From Auanema rhodensis (lineage: Eukaryota > Animalia > Nematoda): a stretch of 64,000 nt of DNA. The stretch covers positions 1,612,001-1,676,000 of the forward strand of contig OZ059896.1 in the NCBI GenBank assembly GCA_964057225.1, written 5' to 3'. This document shows, piece by piece, positions 26,677 through 41,930 of the stretch. The first letter of the stretch is position 1. Each line of letters starts with the position of its first letter. A program made the translations under genes and the position numbers. The notes below the pieces were generated by a model. That model was not told the origin of the DNA. It saw only the letters and a program-made list of their open reading frames with translations, and did no database searches.

Positions 26677-29600
26677 ACATTTTTGTCAAAATGTTTTTGG
26701 AAGCAATTTTGAGTGTACATGGAAACTCAACATACACTAATGCATCATTTTTCAAACGATCATAACTAATTTTTGTATTAAGCGTTTCTCAATGTAGTAT
26801 AGTGCATTCGATGCGGATTTTTAAGCTGCGTCGATCTGTACTATCAGATTTGCGCTAGCTTGAAAATGCACCGAGATATCAACTGATATAAGTTCACACT
26901 TATATCCTCGATTTTCACCCTGAAGAATTAATTTTTTCGTTCAATAATATTGTCCATCGTTTTTGCCTTGAAAAAAGGAATCTAAAAACATCTACTTTTT
27001 GCTAAATTATTTTCAAATTTTTCGAAAAAATTTTTGTCAAAATGTTTTTGGAAGCAATTTTGAGTGTACATGGAAACTCAACATACACTAATGCATCATT
27101 TTTCAAACGATCATAACTAATTTTTGTATTAAGCTTTTCTCAATGAAGTTTAGTGCATTCGATGCGGATTTTCAAGCTGCGTAGATCTGTGTTATCAGAT
27201 TTGCGCTAGCTTAAAAATGCACCGAGATATCAACTGATATAAGTTCACACCTATATCCTCGATTTTCACCCTGAAGAATTAATTTTTTCGTTGAATAACA
27301 TTGTCTATCGTTTTTGCCTTGAAAAAAGGAATCTAAAAACATCTACTTTTTGCTAAATTATTCTGAAATTTTTCGAAAAAATTTTTGTCAAAATGTTTTT
27401 GGAAGCAATTTTGAGTGTACATGGAAACTCAACATACACTAATGCATCATTTTTCAAACGATCATAACTAATTTTTGTATTAAGCGTTTCTCAATGTAGT
27501 ATAGTGCATTCGATGCGGATTTTTAAGCTGCGTCGATCTGTACTATCAGATTTGCGCTAGCTTGAAAATGCACCGAGATATCAACTGATATAAGTTCACA
27601 CTTATATCCTCGATTTTCACCCTGAAGAATTAATTTTTTCGTTCAATAATATTGTCCATCGTTTTTGCTTTGAAAAAAGGAATCTAAAAACATCTACTTT
27701 TTGCTAAATTATTTTCAAATTTTTCGAAAAAATTTTTGTCAAAATGTTTTTGGAAGCAATTTTGAGTGTACATGGAAACTCAACATACACTAATGCATCA
27801 TTTTTCAAACGATCATAACTAATTTTTGTATTAAGCTTTTCTCAATGAAGTTTAGTGCATTCGATGCGGATTTTTAAGCTGCGTAGATCTGTGTTATCAG
27901 ATTTGCGCTAGCTTAAAAATGCACCGAGATATCAACTGATATAAGTTCACACCTATATCCTCGATTTTCACCCTGAAGAATTAATTTTTTCGTTGAATAA
28001 CATTGTCTATCGTTTTTGCCTTGAAAAAAGGAATCTAAAAACATCTACTTTTTGCTAAATTATTCTGAAATTTTTCGAAAAAATTTTTGTCAAAATGTTT
28101 TTGGAAGCAATTTTGAGTGTACATGGAAACTCAACATACACTAATGCATCATTTTTCAAACGATCATAACTAATTTTTGTATTAAGCGTTTCTCAATGTA
28201 GTATAGTGCATTCGATGCGGATTTTTGAGCTGCGTCGATCTGTACTATCAGATTTGCGCTAGCTTGAAAATGCACCGAGATATCAACTGATATAAGTTCA
28301 CACTTATATCCTCGATTTTCACCCTGAAGAATTAATTTTTTCGTTGAATAACATTGTCCATCGTTTTTGCCTTGAAAAAAGGAATCTAAAAACATCTACT
28401 TTTTGCTAAATTATTTTCAAATTTTTCGAAAACATTTTTGTCAAAATGTTTTTGGAAGCAATTTTGAGTGTACATGGAAACTCAACATACACTAATGCAT
28501 CATTTTTCAAACGATCATAACTAATTTTTGTATTAAGCTTTTCTCAATGAAGTTTAGTGCATTCGATGCGGATTTTTAAGCTGCGTAGATCTGTGTTATC
28601 AGATTTGCGCTAGCTTAAAAATGCACCGAGATATCAACTGATATAAGTTCACACTTATATCCTCGATTTTCACCCTGAAGAATTAATTTTTTCGTTGAAT
28701 AACATTGTCCATCGTTTTTGCCTTGAAAAAAGGAATCTAAAAACATCTACTTTTTGCTAAATTATTTTGAAATTTTTCGAAAAAATTTTTGTCAAAATGT
28801 TTTTGGAAGCAATTTTGAGTGTACATGGAAACTCAACATACACTAATGCATCATTTTTCAAACGATCATAACTAATTTTTGTATTAAGCGTTTCTCAACG
28901 TAGTATAGTGCATTCGATGCGGATTTTTAAGCTGCGTCGATCTGTACTATCAGATTTGCGCTAGCTTGAAAATGCACCGAGATATCAACTGATATAAGTT
29001 CACACTTATATCCTCGATTTTCACCCTGAAGAATTAATTTTTTCGTTCAATAATATTGTCCATCGTTTTTGCCTTGAAAAAAGGAATCTAAAAACATCTA
29101 CTTTTTGCTAAATTATTTTGAAATTTTTCGAAAAAATTTTTGTCAAAATGTTTTTGGAAGCAATTTTGAGTGTACATGGAAACTCAACATACACTAATGC
29201 ATCATTTTTCAAACGATCATAACTAATTTTTGTATTAAGCGTTTCTCAATGTAGTATAGTGCATTCGATGCGGATTTTTAAGCTGCGTCGATCTGTACTA
29301 TCAGATTTGCGCTAGCTTGAAAATGCACCGAGATATCAACTGATATAAGTTCACACTTATATCCTCGATTTTCACCCTGAAGAATTAATTTTTTCGTTGA
29401 ATAACATTGTCCATCGTTTTTGCCTTGAAAAAAGGAATCTAAAAACATCTACTTTTTGCTAAATTATTTTCAAATTTTTCGAAAACATTTTTGTCAAAAT
29501 GTTTTTGGAAGCAATTTTGAGTGTACATGGAAACTCAACATACACTAATGCATCATTTTTCAAACGATCATAACTAATTTTTGTATTAAGCGTTTCTCAA

Positions 29601-32600
29601 TGTAGTATAGTGCATTCGATGCGGATTTTTAAGCTGCGTCGATCTGTGTTATCAGATTTGCGCTAGCTTAAAAATGCACCGAGATATCAACTGATATAAG
29701 TTCACACTTATATCCTCGATTTTCACCCTGAAGAATTACTTTTTTCGTTGAATAACATTGTCTATCGTTTTTGCCTTGAAAAAAGGAATCTAAAAACATC
29801 TACTTTTTGCTAAATTATTTTCAAATTTTTCGAAAAAATTTTTGTCAAAATGTTTTTGGAAGCAATTTTGAGTGTACATGGAAACTCAACATACACTAAT
29901 GCATCATTTTTCAAACGATCATAACTAATTTTTGTATTAAGCTTTTCTCAATGAAGTTTAGTGCATTCGATGCGGATTTTTAAGCTGCGTAGATCTGTAC
30001 TATCAGATTTGCGCTAGCTTGAAAATGCACCGAGATATCAACTGATATAAGTTCACACTTATATCCTCGATTTTCACCCTGAAGAATTAATTTTTTCGTT
30101 GAATAACATTGTCTATCGTTTTTGCCTTGAAAAAAGGAATCTAAAAACATCTACTTTTTGCTAAATTATTTTCAAATTTTTCGAAAAAATTTTTGTCAAA
30201 ATGTTTTTGGAAGCAATTTTGAGTGTACATGGAAACTCAACATACACTAATGCATCATTTTTCAAACGATCATAACTAATTTTTGTATTAAGCGTTTCTC
30301 AATGTAGTATAGTGCATTCGATGCGGATTTTTAAGCTGCGTCGATCTGTACTATCAGATTTGCGCTAGCTTGAAAATGCACCGAGATATCAACTGATATA
30401 AGTTCACACTTATATCCTCGATTTTCACCCTGAAGAATTAATTTTTTCGTTGAATAACATTGTCCATCGTTTTTGCCTTGAAAAAAGGAATCTAAAAACA
30501 TCTACTTTTTGCTAAATTATTTTCAAATTTTTCGAAAAAATTTTTGTCAAAATGTTTTTGGAAGCAATTTTGAGTGTACATGGAAACTCAACATACACTA
30601 ATGCATCATTTTTCAAACGATCATAACTAATTTTTGTATTAAGCTTTTCTCAATGAAGTTTAGTGCATTCGATGCGGATTTTTAAGCTGCGTAGATCTGT
30701 GTTATCAGATTTGCGCTAGCTTAAAAATGCACCGAGATATCAACTGATATAAGTTCACACTTATATCCTCGATTTTCACCCTGAAGAATTACTTTTTTCG
30801 TTGAATAACATTGTCTATCGTTTTTGCCTTGAAAAAAGGAATCTAAAAACATTTACTTTTTGCTAAATTATTTTCAAATTTTTCGAAAAAATTTTTGTCA
30901 AAATGTTTTTGGAAGCAATTTTGAGTGTACATGGAAACTCAACATACACTAATGCATCATTTTTCAAACGATCATAACTAATTTTTGTATTAAGCGTTTC
31001 TCAATGTAGTATAGTGCATTCGATGCGGATTTTTAAGCTGCGTAGATCTGTACTATCAGATTTGCGCTAGCTTGAAAATGCACCGAGATATCAACTGATA
31101 TAAGTTCACACTTATATCCTCGATTTTCACCCTGAAGAATTAATTTTTTCGTTGAATAACATTGTCTATCGTTTTTGCCTTGAAAAAAGGAATCTAAAAA
31201 CATCTACTTTTTGCTAAATTATTTTGAAATTTTTCGAAAACATTTTTGTCAAAATGTTTTTGGAAGCAATTTTGAGTGTACATGGAAACTCAACATACAC
31301 TAATGCATCATTTTTCAAACGATCATAACTAATTTTTGTATTAAGCGTTTCTCAATGTAGTATAGTGCATTCGATGCGGATTTTTAAGCTGCGTCGATCT
31401 GTACTATCAGATTTACGCTAGCTTGAAAATGCACCGAGATATCAACTGATATAAGTTCACACTTATATCCTCGATTTTCACCCTGAAGAATTAATTTTTT
31501 CGTTGAATAACATTGTCCATCGTTTTTGCCTTGAAAAAAGGAATCTAAAAACATCTACTTTTTGCTAAATTATTTTCAAATTTTTCGAAAAAATTTTTGT
31601 CAAAATGTTTTTGGAAGCAATTTTGAGTGTACATGGAAACTCAACATACACTAATGCATCATTTTTCAAACGATCATAACTAATTTTTGTATTAAGCTTT
31701 TCTCAATGAAGTTTAGTGCATTCGATGCGGATTTTTAAGCTGCGTAGATCTGTGTTATCAGATTTGCGCTAGCTTAAAAATGCACCGAGATATCAACTGA
31801 TATAAGTTCACACTTATATCCTCGATTTTCACCCTGAAGAATTACTTTTTTCGTTGAATAACATTGTCTATCGTTTTTGCCTTGAAAAAAGGAATCTAAA
31901 AACATCTACTTTTTGCTAAATTATTTTCAAATTTTTCGAAAAAATTTTTGTCAAAATGTTTTTGGAAGCAATTTTGAGTGTACATGGAAACTCAACATAC
32001 ACTAATGCATCATTTTTCAAACGATCATAACTAATTTTTGTATTAAGCGTTTCTCAATGTAGTATAGTGCATTCGATGCGGATTTTTAAGCTGCGTCGAT
32101 CTGTACTATCAGATTTGCGCTAGCTTGAAAATGCACCGAGATATCAACTGATATAAGTTCACACTTATATCCTCGATTTTCACCCTGAAGAATTACTTTT
32201 TTCGTTGAATAACATTGTCTATCGTTTTTGCCTTGAAAAAAGGAATCTAAAAACATCTACTTTTTGCTAAATTATTCTGAAATTTTTCGAAAAAATTTTT
32301 GTCAAAATGTTTTTGGAAGCAATTTTGAGTGTACATGGAAACTCAACATACACTAATGCATCATTTTTCAAACGATCATAACTAATTTTTGTATTAAGCG
32401 TTTCTCAATGTAGTATAGTGCATTCGATGCGGATTTTTGAGCTGCGTCGATCTGTACTATCAGATTTGCGCTAGCTTGAAAATGCACCGAGATATCAACT
32501 GATATAAGTTCACACTTATATCCTCGATTTTCACCCTGAAGAATTAATTTTTTCGTTGAATAACATTGTCCATCGTTTTTGCCTTGAAAAAAGGAATCTA

Positions 32601-35451
32601 AAAACATCTACTTTTTGCTAAATTATTTTCAAATTTTTCGAAAAAATTTTTGTCAAAATGTTTTTGGAAGCAATTTTGAGTGTACATGGAAACTCAACAT
32701 ACACTAATGCATCATTTTTCAAACGATCATAACTAATTTTTGTATTAAGCTTTTCTCAATGAAGTTTAGTGCATTCGATGCGGATTTTTAAGCTGCGTAG
32801 ATCTGTGTTATCAGATTTGCGCTAGCTTAAAAATGCACCGAGATATCAACTGATATAAGTTCACACATATATCCTCGATTTTCACCCTGAAGAATTAATT
32901 TTTTCGTTGAATAACATTGTCCATCGTTTTTGCCTTGAAAAAAGGAATCTAAAAACATCTACTTTTTGCTAAATTATTTTCAAATTTTTCGAAAAAATTT
33001 TTGTCAAAATGTTTTTGGAAGCAATTTTGAGTGTACATGGAAACTCAACATACACTAATGCATCATTTTTCAAACGATCATAACTAATTTTTGTATTAAG
33101 CTTTTCTCAATGAAGTTTAGTGCATTCGATGCGGATTTTTAAGCTGCGTAGATCTGTGTTATCAGATTTGCGCTAACTTAAAAATGCACCGAGATATCAA
33201 CTGATATAAGTTCACACTTATATCCTCGATTTTCACCCTGAAGAATTACTTTTTTCGTTGAATAACATTGTCTATCGTTTTTGCCTTGAAAAAAGGAATC
33301 TAAAAACATCTACTTTTTGCTAAATTATTTTCAAATTTTTCGAAAAAATTTTTGTCAAAATGTTTTTGGAAGCAATTTTGAGTGTACATGGAAACTCAAC
33401 ATACACTAATGCATCATTTTTCAAACGATCATAACTAATTTTTGTATTAAGCGTTTCTCAATGTAGTATAGTGCATTCGATGCGGATTTTTAAGCTGCGT
33501 CGATCTGTACTATCAGATTTACGCTAGCTTGAAAATGCACCGAGATATCAACTGATATAAGTTCACACCTATATCCTCGATTTTCACCCTGAAGAATTAA
33601 TTTTTTCGTTGAATAACATTGTCTATCGTTTTTGCCTTGAAAAAAGGAATCTAAAAACATCTACTTTTTGCTAAATTATTTTCAAATTTTTCGAAAAAAT
33701 TTTTGTCAAAATGTTTTTGGAAGCAATTTTGAGTGTACATGGAAACTCAACATACACTAATGCATCATTTTTCAAACGATCATAACTAATTTTTGTATTA
33801 AGCTTTTCTCAATGAAGTTTAGTGCATTCGATGCCGATTTTTAAGCTGCGTAGATCTGTGTTATCAGATTTGCGCTAGCTTAAAAATGCACCGAGATATC
33901 AACTGATATAAGTTCACACTTATATCCTCGATTTTCACCCTGAAGAATTACTTTTTTCGTTGAATAACATTGTCTATCGTTTTTGCCTTGAAAAAAGGAA
34001 TCTAAAAACATCTACTTTTTGCTAAATTATTTTCAAATTTTTCGAAAAAATTTTTGTCAAAATGTTTTTGGAAGCAATTTTGAGTGTACATGGAAACTCA
34101 ACATACACTAATGCATCATTTTTCAAACGATCATAACTAATTTTTGTATTAAGCGTTTCTCAATGTAGTATAGTGCATTCGATGCGGATTTTTAAGCTGC
34201 GTCGATCTGTACTATCAGATTTACGCTAGCTTGAAAATGCACCGAGATATCAACTGATATAAGTTCACACTTATATCCTCGATTTTCACCCTGAAGAATT
34301 AATTTTTTCGTTGAATAACATTGTCCATCGTTTTTGCCTTGAAAAAAGGAATCTAAAAACATCTACTTTTTGCTAAATTATTTTCAAATTTTTCGAAAAA
34401 ATTTTTGTCAAAATGTTTTTGGAAGCAATTTTGAGTGTACATGGAAACTCAACATACACTAATGCATCATTTTTCAAACGATCATAACTAATTTTTGTAT
34501 TAAGCTTTTCTCAATGAAGTTTAGTGCATTCGATGCGGATTTCTAAGCTGCGTAGATCTGTGTTATCAGATTTGCGCTAGCTTAAAAATGCACCGAGATA
34601 TCAACTGATATAAGTTCACACTTATATCCTCGATTTTCACCCTGAAGAATTAATTTTTTCGTTGAATAACATTGTCTATCGTTTTTGCCTTGAAAAAAGG
34701 AATCTAAAAACATCTACTTTTTGCTAAATTATTTTCAAATTTTTCGAAAAAATTTTTGTCAAAATGTTTTTGGAAGCAATTTTGAGTGTACATGGAAACT
34801 CAACATACACTAATGCATCATTTTTCAAACGATCATAACTAATTTTTGTATTAAGCGTTTCTCAATGTAGTATAGTGCATTCGATGCGGATTTTTAAGCT
34901 GCGTCGATCTGTACTATCAGATTTGCGCTAGCTTGAAAATGCACCGAGATATCAACTGATATAAGTTTACACCTATATCCTCGATTTTCACCCTGAAGAA
35001 TTAATTTTTTCGTTGAATAACATTGTCTATCGTTTTTGCCTTGAAAAAAGGAATCTAAAAACATCTACTTTTTGCTAAATTATTTTGAAATTTTTCGAAA
35101 ACATTTTTGTCAAAATGTTTTTGGAAGCAATTTTGAGTGTACATGGAAACTCAACATACACTAATGCATCATTTTTCAAACGATCATAACTAATTTTTGT
35201 ATTAAGCGTTTCTCAATGTAGTATAGTGCATTCGATGCGGATTTTTAAGCTGCGTAGATCTGTGTTATCAGATTTGCGCTAGCTTAAAAATGCACCGAGA
35301 TATCAACTGATATAAGTTCACACTTATATCCTCGATTTTCACCCTGAAGAATTACTTTTTTCGTTGAATAACATTGTCTATCGTTTTTGCCTTGAAAAAA
35401 GGAATCTAAAAACATCTACTTTTTGCTAAATTATTTTCAAATTTTTCGAAA

Positions 35452-38255
35452 AAATTTTTGTCAAAATGTTTTTGGAAGCAATTTCGAGTGTACATGGAAA
35501 CTCAACATACACTAATGCATCATTTTTCAAACGATCATAACTAATTTTTGTATTAAGCGTTTCTCAATGTAGTATAGTGCATTCGATGCGGATTTTTAAG
35601 CTGCGTCGATCTGTACTATCAGATTTACGCTAGCTTGAAAATGCACCGAGATATCAACTGATATAAGTTCACACTTATATCCTCGATTTTCACCCTGAAG
35701 AATTAATTTTTCGTTGAATAACATTGTCCATCGTTTTTGCCTTGAAAAAAGGAATCTAAAAACATCTACTTTTTGCTAAATTATTTTCAAATTTTTCGAA
35801 AAAATTTTTGTCAAAATGTTTTTGGAAGCAATTTTGAGTGTACATGGAAACTCAACATACACTAATGCATCATTTTTCAAACGATCATAACTAATTTTTG
35901 TATTAAGCTTTTCTCAATGAAGTTTAGTGCATTCGATGCGGATTTTTAAGCTGCGTAGATCTGTGTTATCAGATTTGCGCTAGCTTAAAAATGCACCGAG
36001 ATATCAACTGATATAAGTTCACACTTATATCCTCGATTTTCACCCTGAAGAATTACTTTTTTCGTTGAATAACATTGTCTATCGTTTTTGCCTTGAAAAA
36101 AGGAATCTAAAAACATCTACTTTTTGCTAAATTATTTTCAAATTTTTCGAAAAAATTTTTGTCAAAATGTTTTTGGAAGCAATTTCGAGTGTACATGGAA
36201 ACTCAACATACACTAATGCATCATTTTTCAAACGATCATAACTAATTTTTGTATTAAGCGTTTCTCAATGTAGTATAGTGCATTCGATGCGGATTTTTAA
36301 GCTGCGTCGATCTGTACTATCAGATTTACGCTAGCTTGAAAATGCACCGAGATATCAACTGATATAAGTTCACACTTATATCCTCGATTTTCACCCTGAA
36401 GAATTAATTTTTCGTTGAATAACATTGTCCATCGTTTTTGCCTTGAAAAAAGGAATCTAAAAACATCTACTTTTTGCTAAATTATTTTCAAATTTTTCGA
36501 AAAAATTTTTGTCAAAATGTTTTTGGAAGCAATTTTGAGTGTACATGGAAACTCAACATACACTAATGCATCATTTTTCAAACGATCATAACTAATTTTT
36601 GTATTAAGCTTTTCTCAATGAAGTTTAGTGCATTCGATGCGGATTTTTAAGCTGCGTAGATCTGTACTATCAGATTTGCGCTAGCTTGAAAATGCACCGA
36701 GATATCAACTGATATAAGTTCACACTTATATCCTCGATTTTCACCCTGAAGAATTACTTTTTTCGTTGAATAACATTGTCTATCGTTTTTGCCTTGAAAA
36801 AAGGAATCTAAAAACATCTACTTTTTGCTAAATTATTTTCAAATTTTTCGAAAAAATTTTTGTCAAAATGTTTTTGGAAGCAATTTCGAGTGTACATGGA
36901 AACTCAACATACACTAATGCATCATTTTTCAAACGATCATAACTAATTTTTGTATTAAGCGTTTCTCAATGTAGTATAGTGCATTCGATGCGGATTTTTA
37001 AGCTGCGTCGATCTGTACTATCAGATTTACGCTAGCTTGAAAATGCACCGAGATATCAACTGATATAAGTTCACACTTATATCCTCGATTTTCACCCTGA
37101 AGAATTAATTTTTCGTTGAATAACATTGTCCATCGTTTTTGCCTTGAAAAAAGGAATCTAAAAACATCTACTTTTTGCTAAATTATTTTCAAGTTTTTCG
37201 AAAAAATTTTTGTCAAAATGTTTTTGGAAGCAATTTTGAGTGTACATGGAAACTCAACATACACTAATGCATCATTTTTCAAACGATCATAACTAATTTT
37301 TGTATTAAGCTTTTCTCAATGAAGTTTAGTGCATTCGATGCGGATTTTTAAGCTGCGTAGATCTGTGTTATCAGATTTGCGCTAGCTTAAAAATGCACCG
37401 AGATATCAACTGATATAAGTTCACACTTATATCCTCGATTTTCACCCTGAAGAATTACTTTTTTCGTTGAATAACATTGTCTATCGTTTTTGCCTTGAAA
37501 AAAGGAATCTAAAAACATCTACTTTTTGCTAAATTATTTTCAAATTTTTCGAAAAAATTTTTGTCAAAATGTTTTTGGAAGCAATTTCGAGTGTACATGG
37601 AAACTCAACATACACTAATGCATCATTTTTCAAACGATCATAACTAATTTTTGTATTAAGCGTTTCTCAATGTAGTATAGTGCATTCGATGCGGATTTTT
37701 AAGCTGCGTCGATCTGTACTATCAGATTTACGCTAGCTTGAAAATGCACCGAGATATCAACTGATATAAGTTCACACTTATATCCTCGATTTTCACCCTG
37801 AAGAATTAATTTTTCGTTGAATAACATTGTCCATCGTTTTTGCCTTGAAAAAAGGAATCTAAAAACATCTACTTTTTGCTAAATTATTTTCAAATTTTTC
37901 GAAAAAATTTTTGTCAAAATGTTTTTGGAAGCAATTTTGAGTGTACATGGAAACTCAACATACACTAATGCATCATTTTTCAAACGATCATAACTAATTT
38001 TTGTATTAAGCTTTTCTCAATGAAGTTTAGTGCATTCGATGCGGATTTTTAAGCTGCGTAGATCTGTACTATCAGATTTGCGCTAGCTTGAAAATGCACC
38101 GAGATATCAACTGATATAAGTTCACACTTATATCCTCGATTTTCACCCTGAAGAATTAATTTTTTCGTTGAATAACATTGTCTATCGTTTTTGCCTTGAA
38201 AAAAGGAATCTAAAAACATCTACTTTTTGCTAAATTATTTTCAAATTTTTCGAAA
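35452..38255. repeat. 701-bp dimer (350-bp Y plus 351-bp X or X/Y chimera) x4
   Basis: caattTCgag at 35485, 36186, 36887 and 37588 (701-bp spacing), each linked to a 1-bp T deletion in aattaattttt(t)cg. Confidence 0.85.
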
Positions 38256-41200
38256 AAATTTTTGTCAAAATGTTTTTGGAAGCAATTTTGAGTGTACATG
38301 GAAACTCAACATACACTAATGCATCATTTTTCAAACGATCATAACTAATTTTTGTATTAAGCATTTCTCAATGTAGTATAGTGCATTCGATGCGGATTTT
38401 TAAGCTGCGTCGATCTGTACTATCAGATTTGCGCTAGCTTGAAAATGCACCGAGATATCAACTGATATAAGTTCACACTTATATCCTCGATTTTCACCCT
38501 GAAGAATTAATTTTTTCGTTGAATAACATTGTCCATCGTTTTTGCCTTGAAAAAAGGAATCTAAAAACATCTACTTTTTGCTAAATTATTTTCAAATTTT
38601 TCGAAAAAATTTTTGTCAAAATGTTTTTGGAAGCAATTTTGAGTGTACATGGAAACTCAACATACACTAATGCATCATTTTTCAAACGATCATAACTAAT
38701 TTTTGTATTAAGCTTTTCTCAATGAAGTTTAGTGCATTCGATGCGGATTTTTAAGCTGCGTAGATCTGTGTTATCAGATTTGCGCTAGCTTAAAAATGCA
38801 CCGAGATATCAACTGATATAAGTTCACACTTATATCCTCGATTTTCACCCTGAAGAATTACTTTTTTCGTTGAATAACATTGTCTATCGTTTTTGCCTTG
38901 AAAAAAGGAATCTAAAAACATCTACTTTTTGCTAAATTATTTTCAAATTTTTCGAAAAAATTTTTGTCAAAATGTTTTTGGAAGCAATTTTGAGTGTACA
39001 TGGAAACTCAACATACACTAATGCATCATTTTTCAAACGATCATAACTAATTTTTGTATTAAGCGTTTCTCAATGTAGTATAGTGCATTCGATGCGGATT
39101 TTTAAGCTGCGTAGATCTGTACTATCAGATTTGCGCTAGCTTGAAAATGCACCGAGATATCAACTGATATAAGTTCACACTTATATCCTCGATTTTCACC
39201 CTGAAGAATTAATTTTTTCGTTGAATAACATTGTCCATCGTTTTTGCCTTGAAAAAAGGAATCTAAAAACATCTACTTTTTGCTAAATTATTTTCAAATT
39301 TTTCGAAAAAATTTTTGTCAAAATGTTTTTGGAAGCAATTTTGAGTGTACATGGAAACTCAACATACACTAATGCATCATTTTTCAAACGATCATAACTA
39401 ATTTTTGTATTAAGCTTTTCTCAATGAAGTTTAGTGCATTCGATGCGGATTTTTAAGCTGCGTAGATCTGTGTTATCAGATTTACGCTAGCTTGAAAATG
39501 CACCGAGATATCAACTGATATAAGTTCACACTTATATCCTCGATTTTCACCCTGAAGAATTAATTTTTCGTTGAATAACATTGTCCATCGTTTTTGCCTT
39601 GAAAAAAGGAATCTAAAAACATCTACTTTTTGCTAAATTATTTTCAAGTTTTTCGAAAAAATTTTTGTCAAAATGTTTTTGGAAGCAATTTTGAGTGTAC
39701 ATGGAAACTCAACATACACTAATGCATCATTTTTCAAACGATCATAACTAATTTTTGTATTAAGCTTTTCTCAATGAAGTTTAGTGCATTCGATGCGGAT
39801 TTTTAAGCTGCGTAGATCTGTGTTATCAGATTTGCGCTAGCTTAAAAATGCACCGAGATATCAACTGATATAAGTTCACACTTATATCCTCGATTTTCAC
39901 CCTGAAGAATTACTTTTTTCGTTGAATAACATTGTCTATCGTTTTTGCCTTGAAAAAAGGAATCTAAAAACATCTACTTTTTGCTAAATTATTTTCAAAT
40001 TTTTCGAAAAAATTTTTGTCAAAATGTTTTTGGAAGCAATTTCGAGTGTACATGGAAACTCAACATACACTAATGCATCATTTTTCAAACGATCATAACT
40101 AATTTTTGTATTAAGCGTTTCTCAATGTAGTATAGTGCATTCGATGCGGATTTTTAAGCTGCGTCGATCTGTACTATCAGATTTACGCTAGCTTGAAAAT
40201 GCACCGAGATATCAACTGATATAAGTTCACACTTATATCCTCGATTTTCACCCTGAAGAATTAATTTTTCGTTGAATAACATTGTCCATCGTTTTTGCCT
40301 TGAAAAAAGGAATCTAAAAACATCTACTTTTTGCTAAATTATTTTCAAATTTTTCGAAAAAATTTTTGTCAAAATGTTTTTGGAAGCAATTTTGAGTGTA
40401 CATGGAAACTCAACATACACTAATGCATCATTTTTCAAACGATCATAACTAATTTTTGTATTAAGCTTTTCTCAATGAAGTTTAGTGCATTCGATGCGGA
40501 TTTTTAAGCTGCGTAGATCTGTACTATCAGATTTGCGCTAGCTTGAAAATGCACCGAGATATCAACTGATATAAGTTCACACTTATATCCTCGATTTTCA
40601 CCCTGAAGAATTAATTTTTTCGTTGAATAACATTGTCTATCGTTTTTGCCTTGAAAAAAGGAATCTAAAAACATCTACTTTTTGCTAAATTATTTTCAAA
40701 TTTTTCGAAAAAATTTTTGTCAAAATGTTTTTGGAAGCAATTTTGAGTGTACATGGAAACTCAACATACACTAATGCATCATTTTTCAAACGATCATAAC
40801 TAATTTTTGTATTAAGCATTTCTCAATGTAGTATAGTGCATTCGATGCGGATTTTTAAGCTGCGTCGATCTGTACTATCAGATTTGCGCTAGCTTGAAAA
40901 TGCACCGAGATATCAACTGATATAAGTTCACACTTATATCCTCGATTTTCACCCTGAAGAATTAATTTTTTCGTTGAATAACATTGTCCATCGTTTTTGC
41001 CTTGAAAAAAGGAATCTAAAAACATCTACTTTTTGCTAAATTATTTTCAAATTTTTCGAAAAAATTTTTGTCAAAATGTTTTTGGAAGCAATTTTGAGTG
41101 TACATGGAAACTCAACATACACTAATGCATCATTTTTCAAACGATCATAACTAATTTTTGTATTAAGCTTTTCTCAATGAAGTTTAGTGCATTCGATGCG

Positions 41201-41930
41201 GATTTTTAAGCTGCGTAGATCTGTGTTATCAGATTTGCGCTAGCTTAAAAATGCACCGAGATATCAACTGATATAAGTTCACACTTATATCCTCGATTTT
41301 CACCCTGAAGAATTACTTTTTTCGTTGAATAACATTGTCTATCGTTTTTGCCTTGAAAAAAGGAATCTAAAAACATCTACTTTTTGCTAAATTATTTTCA
41401 AATTTTTCGAAAAAATTTTTGTCAAAATGTTTTTGGAAGCAATTTTGAGTGTACATGGAAACTCAACATACACTAATGCATCATTTTTCAAACGATCATA
41501 ACTAATTTTTGTATTAAGCGTTTCTCAATGTAGTATAGTGCATTCGATGCGGATTTTTAAGCTGCGTAGATCTGTACTATCAGATTTGCGCTAGCTTGAA
41601 AATGCACCGAGATATCAACTGATATAAGTTCACACTTATATCCTCGATTTTCACCCTGAAGAATTAATTTTTTCGTTGAATAACATTGTCCATCGTTTTT
41701 GCCTTGAAAAAAGGAATCTAAAAACATCTACTTTTTGCTAAATTATTTTCAAATTTTTCGAAAAAATTTTTGTCAAAATGTTTTTGGAAGCAATTTTGAG
41801 TGTACATGGAAACTCAACATACACTAATGCATCATTTTTCAAACGATCATAACTAATTTTTGTATTAAGCTTTTCTCAATGAAGTTTAGTGCATTCGATG
41901 CGGATTTTTAAGCTGCGTAGATCTGTGTTA
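37019..41930. repeat. 7-monomer tandem duplication (2455 bp) x2
   Basis: Private alleles caaGttttt at 37193 and 39648, and aagcAttt at 38363 and 40818, are both 2455 bp apart (7x351 minus two 1-bp deletions). A chimeric junction monomer lies at 39474-39483. Confidence 0.88.
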
